DNA of 64,000 bases, from contig MU053881.1 of NCBI GenBank assembly GCA_013239625.1, positions 9,261,957 through 9,325,956 on the forward strand, read 5' to 3'. The position numbers and the translations under genes were made by a program. Shown here in pieces: positions 1-12,446 of the stretch; the first letter of the stretch is position 1; every line of letters starts with the position of its first letter. This DNA comes from Lama guanicoe. Lineage: Eukaryota. The notes beneath the pieces are model-generated. The model saw only the letters and a list, made by a program, of their open reading frames with translations. It was not told the DNA's origin and did no database searches.

Positions 1-99
1 AGGTCACCAGAAGCAATTTTTAACCAATGACTTAACTACTTCTTGAGCTGAAAAACATTTTACACTGAGTATATGTTAGGCTAGCTTTATTATTTATTT

Positions 100-1030
100 A
101 CTTACATTTTTAATTGAAGTATCTTTGATTTAAAGAGTTTGTTAGTTTCAGATGTACAGCATACTGATTTGGGGTCTTTTTTTTCAGATTATATTACAAG
201 ATATTGAATATAATTCCCTGTGTTACACAGTAAATTTTTGTTACTTATCTATTTTATGTATAGTAGTTTGTATTCATTAATCCCAGACTCCTAATTTGTC
301 CCTCCTACCTTCCCTCTCCCCTTGGTAACCAGAAGTTTGTGTTTCTATGTCTGTGAGTCTGTTTCTGTTCTGTAAATAAGTTCATTTGTGTCATATTTTG
401 TATATTATATATAAGTTATGTTCTATAGTATTTGTGTTTCCCTGTCTGACTTATTTCATGAAGCATAATATTCTCTAGGTCCATCCATGTTGCTGCAAAT
501 GGCAATACATTATTCTTTTTTATGGCTGAGTAATATTTCATTGTATATATGGAATATATATATTCATATATACATATGTATATATATATAAATAAAATGG
601 AATATTACTCAAGAGGGTATGGAGAAAAGGGAACCCTCTTTTCTCCATACTCTCTTAAGCCTATTATTTGTAGACTTTTTGATGACAGCCATTCTGATTG
701 GTGGGAGGTGATCCCTCACTGTGGTTTTGATTTGCATTTCTCTAATCATTAGCAATGTTGAGTATCATTTCTTGTGCCTGTTAGCCATCTGTATGTCTTC
801 TCTGGAAAAAATGTCTATTTAGTCCGGCTCGTGTTTTGATTGGGTTGTTTGTTATTTTGATTGGCGTGTATGAGCTGTTTGGTGTATTTTGGCTATTAAC
901 CCCTTGTCAGTCACAACATTTGCAAATATTTTCTCTCTTTCTGTAGGTTGCTTTTACATGTTGTTGATGGTTTCTTTTGCTGTGCCAAAGCTTTTAAATT
1001 GGATTAGGCCCCATTTTAAAATTTTTGCTT
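100..1030 (-). mobile_element. LINE-1 3' end (ORF2 C-terminal region + 3'UTR), 5'-truncated, with an internal deletion/rearrangement at ~530-660
   Basis: Antisense L1 hallmarks: ccatccatgttgctgcaaatggc, gtggttttgatttgcatttctctaatcattag, gccatctgtatgtcttc. It is the reverse complement of the same family seen at 14.1-15.2 kb. Confidence 0.93.
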
Positions 1031-2239
1031 AGGCTAATTTAAAAAATTCAAATTGCTATTGATTGCAATTGTAAAAGAACTGTAAGTCTTACATTCTTTT
1101 GGTTTTGTTTAGTCTCTAGTCTGCAAACAATGAAAACTAATTTAAGGAATCCTAAACAAGACAGGGATTTTATTGCAAGGATGCTGAACACCTTAAAGAA
1201 TCCACATAAAACAGGAAAGATGAGGACTGCAGGAAGGGCAGAAATTAAGGCACTTCCACAGAGTACTGCCAGCAGTTATTCTGCAAACTTCCTTAACATG
1301 CATTAATTCCCAACTCCCATTCTCCACATTTCCAGAAGAAAATCTGCTAAATACTGCTCATTCCAGCTCGGGTTGTACATCTTGTTCTTACTCTAATCAT
1401 TTGTTACCCAGGGAGGCTGGGTCATAAAATACACCTGGCTGCCCTTGTCCCACCCTTGTGCTCCTGTGAACAGAGACTACATTAAAGGAAGGATGCTGCT
1501 GTAGGCTGAGGAAGCATCGCCAAAGAATTTTCAAGTGCAACTCAACTGCCGTTTTGCTAGTGCCAACTTGGTCTCCCTGTTTTTATGTCCATTCTGGCTG
1601 TTTGTACTCTCAGTTGTGCAAAAATTGAATTTTGGAGAGGAAACTTTACATTGCTTTGTGATCTTAAAAGGAAAGCAGCATGCCTACGTACCAGTGTATT
1701 TAACGATGAGTTTGCCTTAGCTTACAAAACTGAGGGAGGCATTTGAAAAAGTTAACCTTGAGGCCTTCTCAACAAACGTGTGTGGTGTTTGTTCATTTGA
1801 AATTATTAAAATAGAAACTCTATATTAAAAAGTTCCACCATTGGAAAGATGATGGATCATCTAAATAAATTCATTTGCCTTTGTTAGATTGAAAATGTCA
1901 TCTAACTACAGTGCATAAATTTTGGCAACCATATATTAAAATTATTCATAATAGTCTAAATGAAATCTCAAAAATATGAATTACTGTAGTTGCTTGAATA
2001 TATTAGGTTTTTCTTATCCTAGCATTTTTATCTAGGGTCATCTCTTCAGTCCAGCTTTAAGTCTTGCTCATAACAGACTAAGGTAGACAGTTAGAAAAAG
2101 GGCATAATTGGATTTTTTAAAAAATCTTCTATTTTCCTAAGAATAAGGAAACACATTTATAGTTATTTCTCTAAACCTTCACTTCACTAGCAATCATAGC
2201 CCTCTTCATGTACTGGCTTTGAATATGTCTGTTCCATAC

Positions 2240-2345
2240 CTGTTTGTATCTGTAATTCTCTCTAAAAGCAGGAAGGCCCCCTAAATCCTCTTGCTCCGGA
2301 CCGGACACAGGATCAGTACTTGCTGAATGAATGAATGTATAAACG
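2240..2345 (+). mobile_element. LINE-2 3' terminal fragment
   Basis: Ends in tgctgaatgaatgaatg, the typical L2 3' tail. Confidence 0.55.
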
Positions 2346-3209
2346 AATGACAGAGTGAGCAAGAAATCATATAACATCATAGGGAAGTACTGAAAGAGTT
2401 TCCTAACTGTCCCTGAGTTGTTTTTTCACACATTTCATCACATTTCTCCCTTGTTCAGAAAATTTTAGGTAATTCCTTATTATCTAAAGAATAGAGTTCT
2501 ACATCCTCTAAACCTTTACAACTGTAGGTAAGTCACTTCTCTAACCTTTTCTCCCACCAGTTAATTGCTCAATTTTCTGCAAGAAATCTGCTTCCTTCCC
2601 TTTGGCACTGTTGTTGCTCTGTTCCGTCTCAGAAACAGCTGCCTGTTCTCCACCTTGTGAGCCATGGGGGAATATTCTCATAAATTTCCAGTATTAAGTA
2701 TAGGGAGTCTCACACACACACCAAGTACTAGTTGAGTGAACCAGCTAACGGATAGATCATGAAATGCTAGTCATCCTTTAAGAATGAACTCTAGCATCAT
2801 TTTTTTGCTGTGAAGATTACCCAGAGATTCCTTTCCATCACCCAGGTAACAGATTCTGTCTCCTCCTCAGCCAGGTGGGTCCTGACCACACATGCTATCC
2901 CAACGTCATTCTCTATGCCTACTGCCCTATTTCACATGGTTTGTTTGTTCAACATCCCTCTCCTAAGATAGCAGCACGACAGCTCTATGATGTCAGGGAA
3001 CTTTTTCCTTCTTCCTTGTTAATAGGTACAGACACATAAAGACTAAGTGAGCAGACTCCTGTAGAAAGATATGCACATATCAGTTACTCCCTTAGGTTCA
3101 CAATTTTTGTCCTCAGGTCTTTCTCACTGACAAATGCTTAAAAGTTAAGACAGTAGGTAATTCATCTTTGATCCTGCATACATAAATGCACTTTCCTTTA
3201 TTCAATATT

Positions 3210-3460
3210 AATAGTAGTAAAGCACAGATTTATTAAGTGCATACTAGATACCAGGAAATGTGCTAAGGGTATTACACACTGCATTTTATTTGATCCTCCT
3301 AGGGATCCTTTTAGGTAGAAACTACTGTTACTTTTATTTTCACATGAGTAAGTAAAGGCTTCAGAGAAGTCAAGTCATGTGATTTAAGAGGTCATAATGG
3401 ATTCAATGCCAAGACCAAGACTGAACACAGGCGTATCAGACTCCACAATTTGGGCTCTTA
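3210..3460 (-). mobile_element. MIR SINE
   Basis: atttattaagtgcatacta...ccagg...tgtgctaag...ttttatttgatcctc...ggcttcagagaagtcaagtca matches the antisense MIR core. Confidence 0.8.
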
Positions 3461-3569
3461 ATAAACAAGGTCCCAGGACATTTCTTGTTGTATCAATAAA
3501 AGTTTCCTGAATGAATGTTTCAATGGATACACATTTATCACAAATGGAAATATCTGACTTTGACTTGAA

Positions 3570-5210
3570 ATTCAGAATCATGGAATCCTACAGCAGGAAG
3601 GGCTCCTATCAATCACCTCACCTAACCCCCGCCCACTCCCTACTCATCACGTACGTCTTCTCTAGGATTTTCTGGCTAAGAGTTTGCCCTGCCTCTGCTT
3701 GGAAACCTCTAGGGAAAAGGTCTCTAGAAGTAGACTTCACTACTGTAGATCAGTCTTGGATTTTAGGGTGAGTCAAAATCGTTTTATAACGAACCCAAAT
3801 TTGTCTTCCTGAATATCCCATGGACACATCTGTTTCCTTTCCCCATGACCACTGCATTACTTATAACCATTGCTTGTAACCACACAGAAAATTTAACACT
3901 CAACATCTGTTTAACCTGTTCCTCTTGATGGCCAGCACCATATCCCCATGGAGCCTTCTCTTGAAGAGACAGAACATCCCCAGTGTTTTGACTGCTTTTC
4001 ACTTTCACATAGCACCAGGGGTAGCTTACTGGAAAATATGAAAAGCTTTGTAAAAAGTATTAGAGAGAGAGTCATACCCATATAAAATAAAAGGAATTAT
4101 TTGCTCACAATCTTCTTAATAATGTTATGTATTATTGAACGGAAGCTAACATTCATTGATTCTTCCTTACTTTGTGGAGTGGTTATAGTCAGTGCATTAT
4201 ATGCACCATCTTGTTGCATCCTTATGAAGCATCAGGATGTAGGTGCTGTTATTAGAAATTTTAGTAATTTCATTTTCTAAATCATGAAACTAAGTCTCAA
4301 ATAGGGTTATCCACTCTTCAAGGACATTCAAGTAGTAAGTGGAAATGATACTACTAATAAAAATAACCTCTCTGTGATTCTAAAACCTCTGCTCTTAACC
4401 ACTACTCTACACTACCTCAAAAACTGCAAATTAACTATATATAAGTAGACATTTACAAAGTATAGAATGCCATTTGAATTTCCAAGATTTCTATAATTTT
4501 ATAATGATATAAATTAAAGGCTTCTCTGCTATCTTAACTTCTCTCTTGCTCTATCTCAAGCAGTAAGTTTTACACTGAAAACATCCTTTTAGTCTTTAAA
4601 ATACTAACAAAGCAATAGCCATAAAATTGAAAAAAACTTCTCATCCTCCCCTTGTTCTCTCATCCTCTTTATTTACATCTTTTCAATCTGGTTTTGTTCT
4701 GCTTTGTTAGGGCAGCAATTACTGGAAATCACATTGCCACAGCTATTATGTGATACCCAAAGATCCCACATGCTCTGTTCATTCTCTGGATGACTCCTGA
4801 TCCCTTGGTATTTTTTTTGGATTAGGTAGTTCATTGAGTGTGGGTGGGAAAAGAGTAAGGAGATGAATGTACAGGTGAGTGGCTGTACAAGTTTAATTGG
4901 GACTTTTAATAGAACACCTTGTGGACCATTCAGACAAGAGAGGAGGGAGCTGGGTATCCTTGACAACACTGGAGGTATACAGCTAAACAAAAGAAAGACC
5001 AGGAGCTTCACAGTAGGAGATCCGAGCAAGAGATCATTGGGGTAACAGCTGACAGCCTTTTGGTAAAAGCCTCAACATTTTTCAAATATGTTCATGAAAT
5101 GTACCATGGACAGTGGGTCACTAGAACATTTGAACAAAAGGTCACTAATAATTGGCATCGTGGCTGATGGAACCACCATAAAAACTGATGTTGACTGTTA
5201 AATTTTCTGT
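3570..5210 (-). mobile_element. Ancient CR1/L3 LINE (3' end at ~3570; decayed RT region ~4700-5210), interrupted by a MIR
   Basis: tcagaatcatggaatc...ggaagggc resembles the antisense CR1 3' terminus. The minus strand at 4700-5200 gives eroded RT-like motifs in the expected order: SQHQF (~SQHGF), FTK..V (~FSKAFDxV), SCIPP (~SGVPQG), WDLWV (~RDLGV), CCPNKA (~CxxxxKKA). Confidence 0.55.
4140..4410 (-). mobile_element. MIR SINE
   Basis: gctaacattcattga...catccttatgaagc...gtaggtgctgttatt...catgaaactaagtctc...gctcttaaccactac. Confidence 0.75.
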
Positions 5211-5244
5211 GTGGTTACACGTAATGGTTATAAGTAATGCAGTT

Positions 5245-5420
5245 ACAGACGGAAAGAATGATCAGTGAATAAGGAGTCAGAGCTGGCTTTTAGCACCGCT
5301 AACTCTGCTTCCTTGAGCTGAGTTTCCCCACAGGTAAAATGGGGTTAAAAAAATGTTTATCCTACTTACCTCACAGGTAATTGAAAACAGTGTTCATGAC
5401 AGTTTGGGGATACTGTATGG
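5245..5420 (+). mobile_element. MIR fragment
   Basis: ggagtcagagctgg...gagctgagtttccccacaggtaaaatgggg...cctacttacctcacagg. Confidence 0.65.
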
Positions 5421-6199
5421 TCTCATCTGAAATTAAAGTGGACTTCTTAATGATCATGTGTGAAATCTAATAACAGCAGACATTTATTGTTTAACTCCAT
5501 GACATTCAGACTCTCTGCAGTAAACAGCTCCTAATTTTAATTCAGGGATATGCTTTCTTTCAGTCTCAGTGAATGAGATGCCATCTACTTCTAGGAGTGG
5601 ACCCTTGCCCCTGGTAAAAGCCATTCAGCACAGTTTATTCCTTGTGTCCCTGGGACTAGTTCAGGAACCAAGAAGTGATCCATGAGATTTTTGCAGGAAG
5701 CTCTCTTGCCATCCTGCAGGTCATGATAGATGAAGTCAGTGTGGACTTGAGAAATATAAAGATGCCAAGTGCTAACAACAACATGGGATTCCTGCATCTA
5801 GTTACTTTACCCCAGGACTGCTCACTACATCATACAACTCATTCCCTTTTGTGTTTAAGCAAGTTGAGTCAGAGTTTTTATCACGTGCAGCAGAGATTAA
5901 CTGATCAATCATTAACTAATAAATCAAGAAATAACTTGAATCTAATTAATTTTGGTTAGAAAGCCATGCTTGAACAATAGTCTATATTAATATTTGCCAA
6001 ATATTTATGATGATGCAACCCTTTTCTCATAAAATATCTACCAGTTTTAGAGAAATTACTGATAATATGATAAACATTTTGAGACTTGTGGGTATAAATG
6101 GTCACTGCTTTCAATAGATCTTAGTCTTACCGTATCTGAAATGGATAATATTACTTCATCAAAAATAGATTATACCATTTAAAAAACTGGCACATGACA

Positions 6200-6920
6200 T
6201 ACAATTATGTTTTATGAAAGAAGACATACAAATGACAAATGGGGAAAGTAGAATTCAACATGGTTAAAAAAGAAAAGGTACTCAAAACATTAATAGATGG
6301 AGTTAGTCAACAGTAGTATATCAATGCTAATTTCTTAGTTTTGGCAAATGTACAAAGGTTATGTAAGATGTTAACAAAAGACTCTACTATCTTTGTACCC
6401 TTTATAAATCTAAAACTATTTCAAAATAAAAAGTTAATTAAAAACATTTATATACATTTTGCACATGAAGTTGGAGAGATTTTTTAACACCAATATAAAA
6501 TGTGGCTTAGTGTACTGGGCAAAGGGTATCCTTATAACCTGCGATAGTAGAGTAAGTGAATGCCAACTTTCTGGAGGTTAATTTGGTTATATTTATCTAA
6601 ATCCATAAAATTAGCTCACACTTTGGTCCAAATAACCTCTTCCAGAAAAATAATTCTTAGGAAATAACCTCAAGGGTAGGCAAATATTTACGTTGAAGGA
6701 TATTTATGTAGGTGATATTCTTTATATTAGTTAAAAGTTCAAGCTATATCCATATCCAGTAATAGGGATCTAATAAATGATGAAACATTAATACAATGGA
6801 ACACTACTGTACCAGGAACAAATCATACCGTAGTTAAGTAACAACACCTAGCAAAATGAGGGTAATACTAAGTAGAAAAAACGTACATCAGCATGTAATA
6901 TATATAGTACAATGCTCATC
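6200..6920 (+). mobile_element. Old L1 (L1MC/ME-like) 3' fragments
   Basis: tatatcaatgctaatttcttagttttggcaaatgtac...tctaaaactatttcaaaataaaaagtt, plus acaatggaacactactg. Confidence 0.65.
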
Positions 6921-6954
6921 ATTTTATTATTCATTTCTGAAAACCATATATATA

Positions 6955-8560
6955 TATCAAGCCCCTATTGTGTTTGGTGCAGGGGGATTTAGACAGCAGT
7001 GAACGAAACGCACAAAAATCTCTGCCTTAATGGAGCATATAGTCTAGAGTCCAACAAGAGCAATAAACAAGGATAATATAGAGAATGTTAGGAGGTGGTA
7101 TTTTTATAGAGAAAAGCAAAGCAGGTTGGGAGACAGGGAGTGTGGGAATGACCCAGGGCAGTATAAGAATTTTAAACTGGTGGGTCAGGAAAGATCTCTG
7201 AGGAAGTCATGCTCGAACAAAGGCCTGAAGCTAGTGAGGGCTTGTGGCTTTCTAGGGGAAGAGTGATCCAGAAAGAGGCACTACAGAGCACCCAGGCTTG
7301 GAGGTAAGGGCATGCCTGGAGATTCCTAGGACCTGCAAGTAGGCCAGGGTACTAGGGAGTAAAGGAAATGGGAGAGGCTAGGACAAGTTCAGCAGAGGGT
7401 AGACGGCACAGGTCCGTGAGCACGTGGCTTTTACTTGGAGGGAAAGGGAGAGCCACTGCAGGGGTCTGACATGAAAGAGGGGCATGGTTTGATTGATGTC
7501 TCAAAGGGATCATTCTGGCTGCCATTTCTGAAAACAGATTGAAGGAGTCGAGACTGAAACTGGGACAATGCATGATCTGGGGGACCATCGATGGTGGCTC
7601 AGACCCGAGGCAGAGCAGGGGAAGCGGTGAGCAGTTGAGTGGTGAGCTGGAGATGCTTCTAAATTATAGTAACTAAGAGAACTGGATGTAGGATGAAGGG
7701 CAACATGACTCAAAAACTACTTTATAAAAGATTCTGATCTGGGAAAATAGGAGGAGGAGGTTTCCACTGACTGAGACGGGGGAAGGCTGCAGCTGGGGAC
7801 AGCTGGGAGGTAAGACCAGGAATTCAATTTTGAACATGTCAAGTCTGGGATGTTTATTAGACTTCCAAGTGCACATATTAGGGAAGCAGTTGAATATTTA
7901 ACTATGGAGCTCAGGGGAAATCTCACCTGAAACTGGGTCTCATAAAAACTGAGACACAAGCCTGGGCAAGATCACCAGAGGAGGGGAGAGCCTACATGCC
8001 GAAAGGAAGGTTCCAGGGAGGGAGCCATGATGAGCTCCAAAAGTAAGAGGTCAGGGAGAACACACCCTTGCCCTTGTTAGAGAAAAGGCAGGCAGAGGAG
8101 ACTCAGAAAAGGCAGTGAATGCGTTAGGAGGAAAATCTTCCTGGAGGCCAAGGGAATAGACTGTTTCAAAGAGGACAGAGTGATCTGCTGGGTGAAATGA
8201 CACTTATGGGTCCAGTAAGATGAGACTGAGAATGGACCATGGATTTGGCAACATGGAGGTCATTAATGACCTTTACAAGGTCAATTTGGTGGAACAGAGT
8301 GTGTTTTAAGAGAAGGAAAGAGGACAAGGAGTGTTGACAGTGATTTCCAGGCAACTTCCTTATAAAAGAAGGGAAGTTTAGAGCCATTGCTAGCAGAGGA
8401 AGTGAGGTCAAGAACAGATTTTTAAAAAATAACATGCAATATAAAAGCAAACTTTGGACTTACAGTTAAGATCCAAGAAAGGGAGAATTTGTGTTGAAAG
8501 AGGAGAGAGAAACAATCCAGGAGTGACATATTAGAGCAGGAGAAAGGGACGAGATCTAAT
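6955..8560 (-). mobile_element. LINE-2 (L2a-like), ~1.6 kb including decayed ORF2 RT
   Basis: Antisense L2 3' end (gacagcagtgaacgaaac...ctgccttaatggagc). Minus-strand ORFs contain L2 RT-like peptides LDMFKIEFLVLPP and LVKVINDLHVAKS. Confidence 0.9.
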
Positions 8561-8968
8561 AGTCAATTCATGTTGATATGTGTGCGATTCAAACATGATC
8601 TGTAGATTCTGTGGCATTTCGTGTAGTCTTTGTTCTCTCAAATATTTCAAAATATTTTTCCAACAATTTTACAAATTATAAATGTTAGGGCCAGAAAATA
8701 TTATGTTAATAATTTATAAGAAAGCACTGAACATTTCTTTAAATTTTGCACTACATATTGTTGCAATGGATTCAGAGGAAAATGGCTGAACACAAAATAA
8801 GTAACGCAGACTTGGGTGAGGTATTCCACTTACGTTTTCAAGACAGCCAAGCAACGATCCTACACGTTTGTCTACCATGTTAGATTTAATGGAGCTCTTT
8901 GTTTGATACTTAACTAAGCAAAAGATTAAACAGAAAAGATTTGTGAAAGTAGAGATTCCATTAGTTAA

Positions 8969-9322
8969 TATGATGATCTGAATGTTTGTGTCCGCCTAAA
9001 ATTCATATGTTAAAATCCTAACCCTCAAAGGAGATCGTATTATTAAGTGGGGGGGCTCTTTGGAACGTGCTTCAACTATGAGGATAGAACTCTATCTAAT
9101 GGGATTAGTTCCTATTAAAAAGGCTGCAAAGTGATCCTTAGTCCCTTCCAACACGCGAGGGTACAATGAGAAGTCTGCAACTCGAAGGGGGTCCTCATCT
9201 GGCCGTGCTGGCACCCAGGTCTCAGATGTACAGCCTCCAGAACTGTGTGCAATAAATTTCTGTTGTGCCTAAGCCACCCATTCTGTGATATGTTGTTATA
9301 GCAGCCTGAATGGAGTAAGACA
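8969..9322 (+). mobile_element. MaLR solo LTR (MLT1A/B-like) with 5-bp TSD GTTAA
   Basis: Starts tatgatgatctgaatgtttgtgtcc...aaaattcatatgtt and ends gttatagcagcctgaatggagtaagaca. Internal AATAAA. GTTAA at 8964-8968 and 9323-9327. Confidence 0.92.
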
Positions 9323-9374
9323 GTTAATCAGAAGAAAAAATGAAAAAAAAATCACAAGAGTTGAAAAGGCATCA

Positions 9375-9630
9375 ATGCACACTCACAGACACAGAGCTGA
9401 CAAACATAATGACATATACCTACCATACCCACATGCATACAAAACACACGCATAAACGCACACAGTCACATGCAGAGTTACAACTCACACAAACATGCAT
9501 CCATGTAGATAAATACACACACACATAATCAAATGTACGCACCTAAATAGCCACAATCACATGCACTCCTACCTAGAAGCCTGCCGACAACCATGCACAC
9601 ATGCACACTCACACGGATGCACACAAGTCT
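9375..9630. repeat. Degenerate CA-rich low-complexity tract
   Basis: Imperfect (CA)/(CACA) repeats throughout. Confidence 0.8.
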
Positions 9631-10359
9631 GCCTAGTTCTGGTTCAAGCTGAGGGTCTTTGGTTTCCTCTGTGCTTTCTTTCCTCACAGATCATTTTCCA
9701 CATGTTTCTGCAAACCCAGATATTAGCCTGAATAACCGAGATTCTTACAGATAACTTTTTCAAGTGACATGAACATGCAGGCCTTGAGCCAAAGACAGCT
9801 GGAATTAGACTCGATCGTGGCCTAAATCCTCAAAGAACCTATCTCCACAAACCTCCACACTGGAGCACTACGTAAGATGAGATGCCTTCAGGTCACTCTT
9901 GACAGAAGTCCAGTCTAACTCGTAAGTTACTCTGCTCCCTCCACTGACAGATTACAACACTCTCTTGATATTTACATATATGTATGTACATTTTTTTCTG
10001 AACTTTTACATAAAAATTTTCATTAAATTATTCATAAATATGAAGTATAATTGCTCTTTTGATTTTTTTTCCCCTCTCCACTTTAAATCATAGAAAACAT
10101 ACAAAGGCATACACCAGGCACTGATTTGGTCCTTTGATTAAGGCTCACCCTGCCCGGGCAAAGCAAACAGGTGACAGAGTTGTCACCTCCAATGTGTACA
10201 GGTGCCTCAACCAAATTCCACTCAGCAGTTGAGTGACAGGGGGAAAATAAAGCATTAAATTATATTCTTCCCTTTAGTGATGTGTTCTCTGGACCTATAT
10301 CCCTGCACTTGTAACTTGTGTTCGATTTTATTTAACGAATGGAACAGAGACAAAAATAT

Positions 10360-10470
10360 CAGTCAGACTGTGAGCTCTCCGAGGGCAGGAGCAAAGTTCT
10401 TGGAGTTTCTCTCTAACACCAACCCAAGTACAGCTCTGGAATACAGTAGACACTCCTGTAAATTGATGTC
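10360..10470 (+). mobile_element. LINE-2 3' fragment
   Basis: agactgtgagctctccgagggcagg...ctggaatacagtagacactc. Confidence 0.65.
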
Positions 10471-12041
10471 ATTCAACCTTCAGGTAGAGTCACCGCTCTC
10501 CATGTAGAACTATATTATTCCCCACTCTCTATAAAAATCATTCTGAAAATAAGACGTGATTTCATTTTTTTTTTCCCTAGGAAATTCGAAGGGTACCTTA
10601 CGAATCATGATGATGGGGGAGGCATTTCAACTCGATATCGGGAAAGTTTTAATGGGTGTGTGTGTTTGCAAATGTGCATTCTGTATAAAACTGGCGTGTG
10701 TACGTACATGGAGGCAGAGGCCCCTGTTGGGCTTCACGTGTGGGTATACATATGGGTTCGCAGGTATAGCTCATTATTAAGGTGGCTTTACCTACATCAA
10801 AGGGAGAGCAGCACCTGGAATCAACAGCCAGCACTTTGCAGCCCAATAGGTTCCAGGATACAAAATGTGTACCCTCTGCCCTCCTCAATTTGCTCTGCTC
10901 TTCCCCCTGCGACTTGTGACCAGATTGGGGCCTCTGGTATCACAGTGACACAGTCCTTCACAGGCCTCCCTATTCTGTTCCTCAACCCACTGCACTTTGG
11001 AAGCGACAAACGCCACTTCCCAGGGAGCTGCAAGACAGCCTCTCAGCGACAACGGAAGCCTATTTCCCTGCCCCCCTCCTGCCCCAAATTCCATCCTCGT
11101 GACACAGAAGCACAGTTAGAGATGAAAAATACGGTTCATTATCTGGGTAGCGCCGAGAAAAATGTTATGGCTTTATTTAGCAGTTGCTTTTATGCTTCTA
11201 AAAACATGTTAATTTCATTTTTTTTAAATGTAATTGTGCATTAAATCATCTCAGACAATTGTGTGATTTGGAAATAAAAGTCCAACAAAATAAGTAAAAG
11301 CTATAATGTGGTTTTTTTCCCTTACCGCTTTTTGTAGTCTGTTTTTATGTTCCTCAAGCATTAGTGTCTTCTCTCCTTCCTGGAAAGATTAATCTGGAGG
11401 CTCACGGAGACTCTTGCCTTCCTGTCTTTAGTTCTCCCGGCACTCTGAGCTTCTCCCTGTGGCTTCTGCATCTACTTCTCATGAATTACCAGCCCCGACA
11501 TTAGGACTTATAAAGCCTCATAATCCCTTAGTCGACTCCCTAATAGGACCACCAGCTGGATGAAGACCTCAGCCCTGAGGGAGACATTTAAAAATAAAAA
11601 ACCTCAACTGCCTAAAGGAAAAATATGAATCCCAGGCTCCAGAACCACGCTGCACTCACACAGAATACTGTGGATAGATTGTTGGTTTTTACTGGAATAG
11701 AGACAATGGAATGTATGCAGTATCATCCTGCATGTCTGAGAGATGTTTCTCTCTTTCCTTAAAGAAACTTTGGTCTATCTGACATGTACGTAGTCATTGT
11801 TCATATCTCCTACTCGAAGCATTTTGTGAGGGATGAGACTTTCTGATGGACATGAATGATGGACTGGGATGCCTGAGTGGGGCTGCCATGTCATGAATTG
11901 ATTCAAGATTAATTTCACACATGTCAAATTTTTTTTCAAACGTTCCTCAACGCATATGAACAAACTCTTTTGTGTTACTCTCCATAGTGTGTTTTAACGT
12001 TGATTATCGTTATAAGGGGCTGTACTTCCTCTAAGGGAAGG

Positions 12042-12446
12042 TGTTCTGGTCTGCTGGTCTGTTCTAACAAAGTTCCGCAGACCAACAACAGCAACATATT
12101 GTCTAATGTTTTGGGAAGATGGTGGTCCAAGATCAAGGTGCTGACAAGTTTCATTTGTTTTGAGGGTTGTGAGGGAAGGGTGTGGTCCAGGCCTCTCTTC
12201 TTGGCTTACAGCTGGTCATCTTCTCCCTGCATCTCTTCACATTATCTTCCCTCCAGCATAACTCTGTGTACCATCTTCCCTTTTTACAAGGACACCAGTC
12301 ACATTGGACTCACTTCCACCCACATGACCTCATTTTAACTTCATCACATCTCAAGGAGCCTATCTCCCAAAAAGCTCACATGCCTAGGAAAGAAGGGTTA
12401 GGGCTTCAACATATGAATTTTAGGGAACACAATTTAAATCATAACA
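12042..12446 (-). mobile_element. MaLR solo LTR (MLT1C-like)
   Basis: gtccaagatcaaggtg...acaaggacaccagtcacattgga...catgacctcattttaact...gggcttcaacatatgaatttt...cataaca. Confidence 0.88.

Noticed and set aside
7352..8450. Cluster of minus-strand ORFs
   Set aside because: Decayed L2 ORF2, broken by stops and frameshifts.
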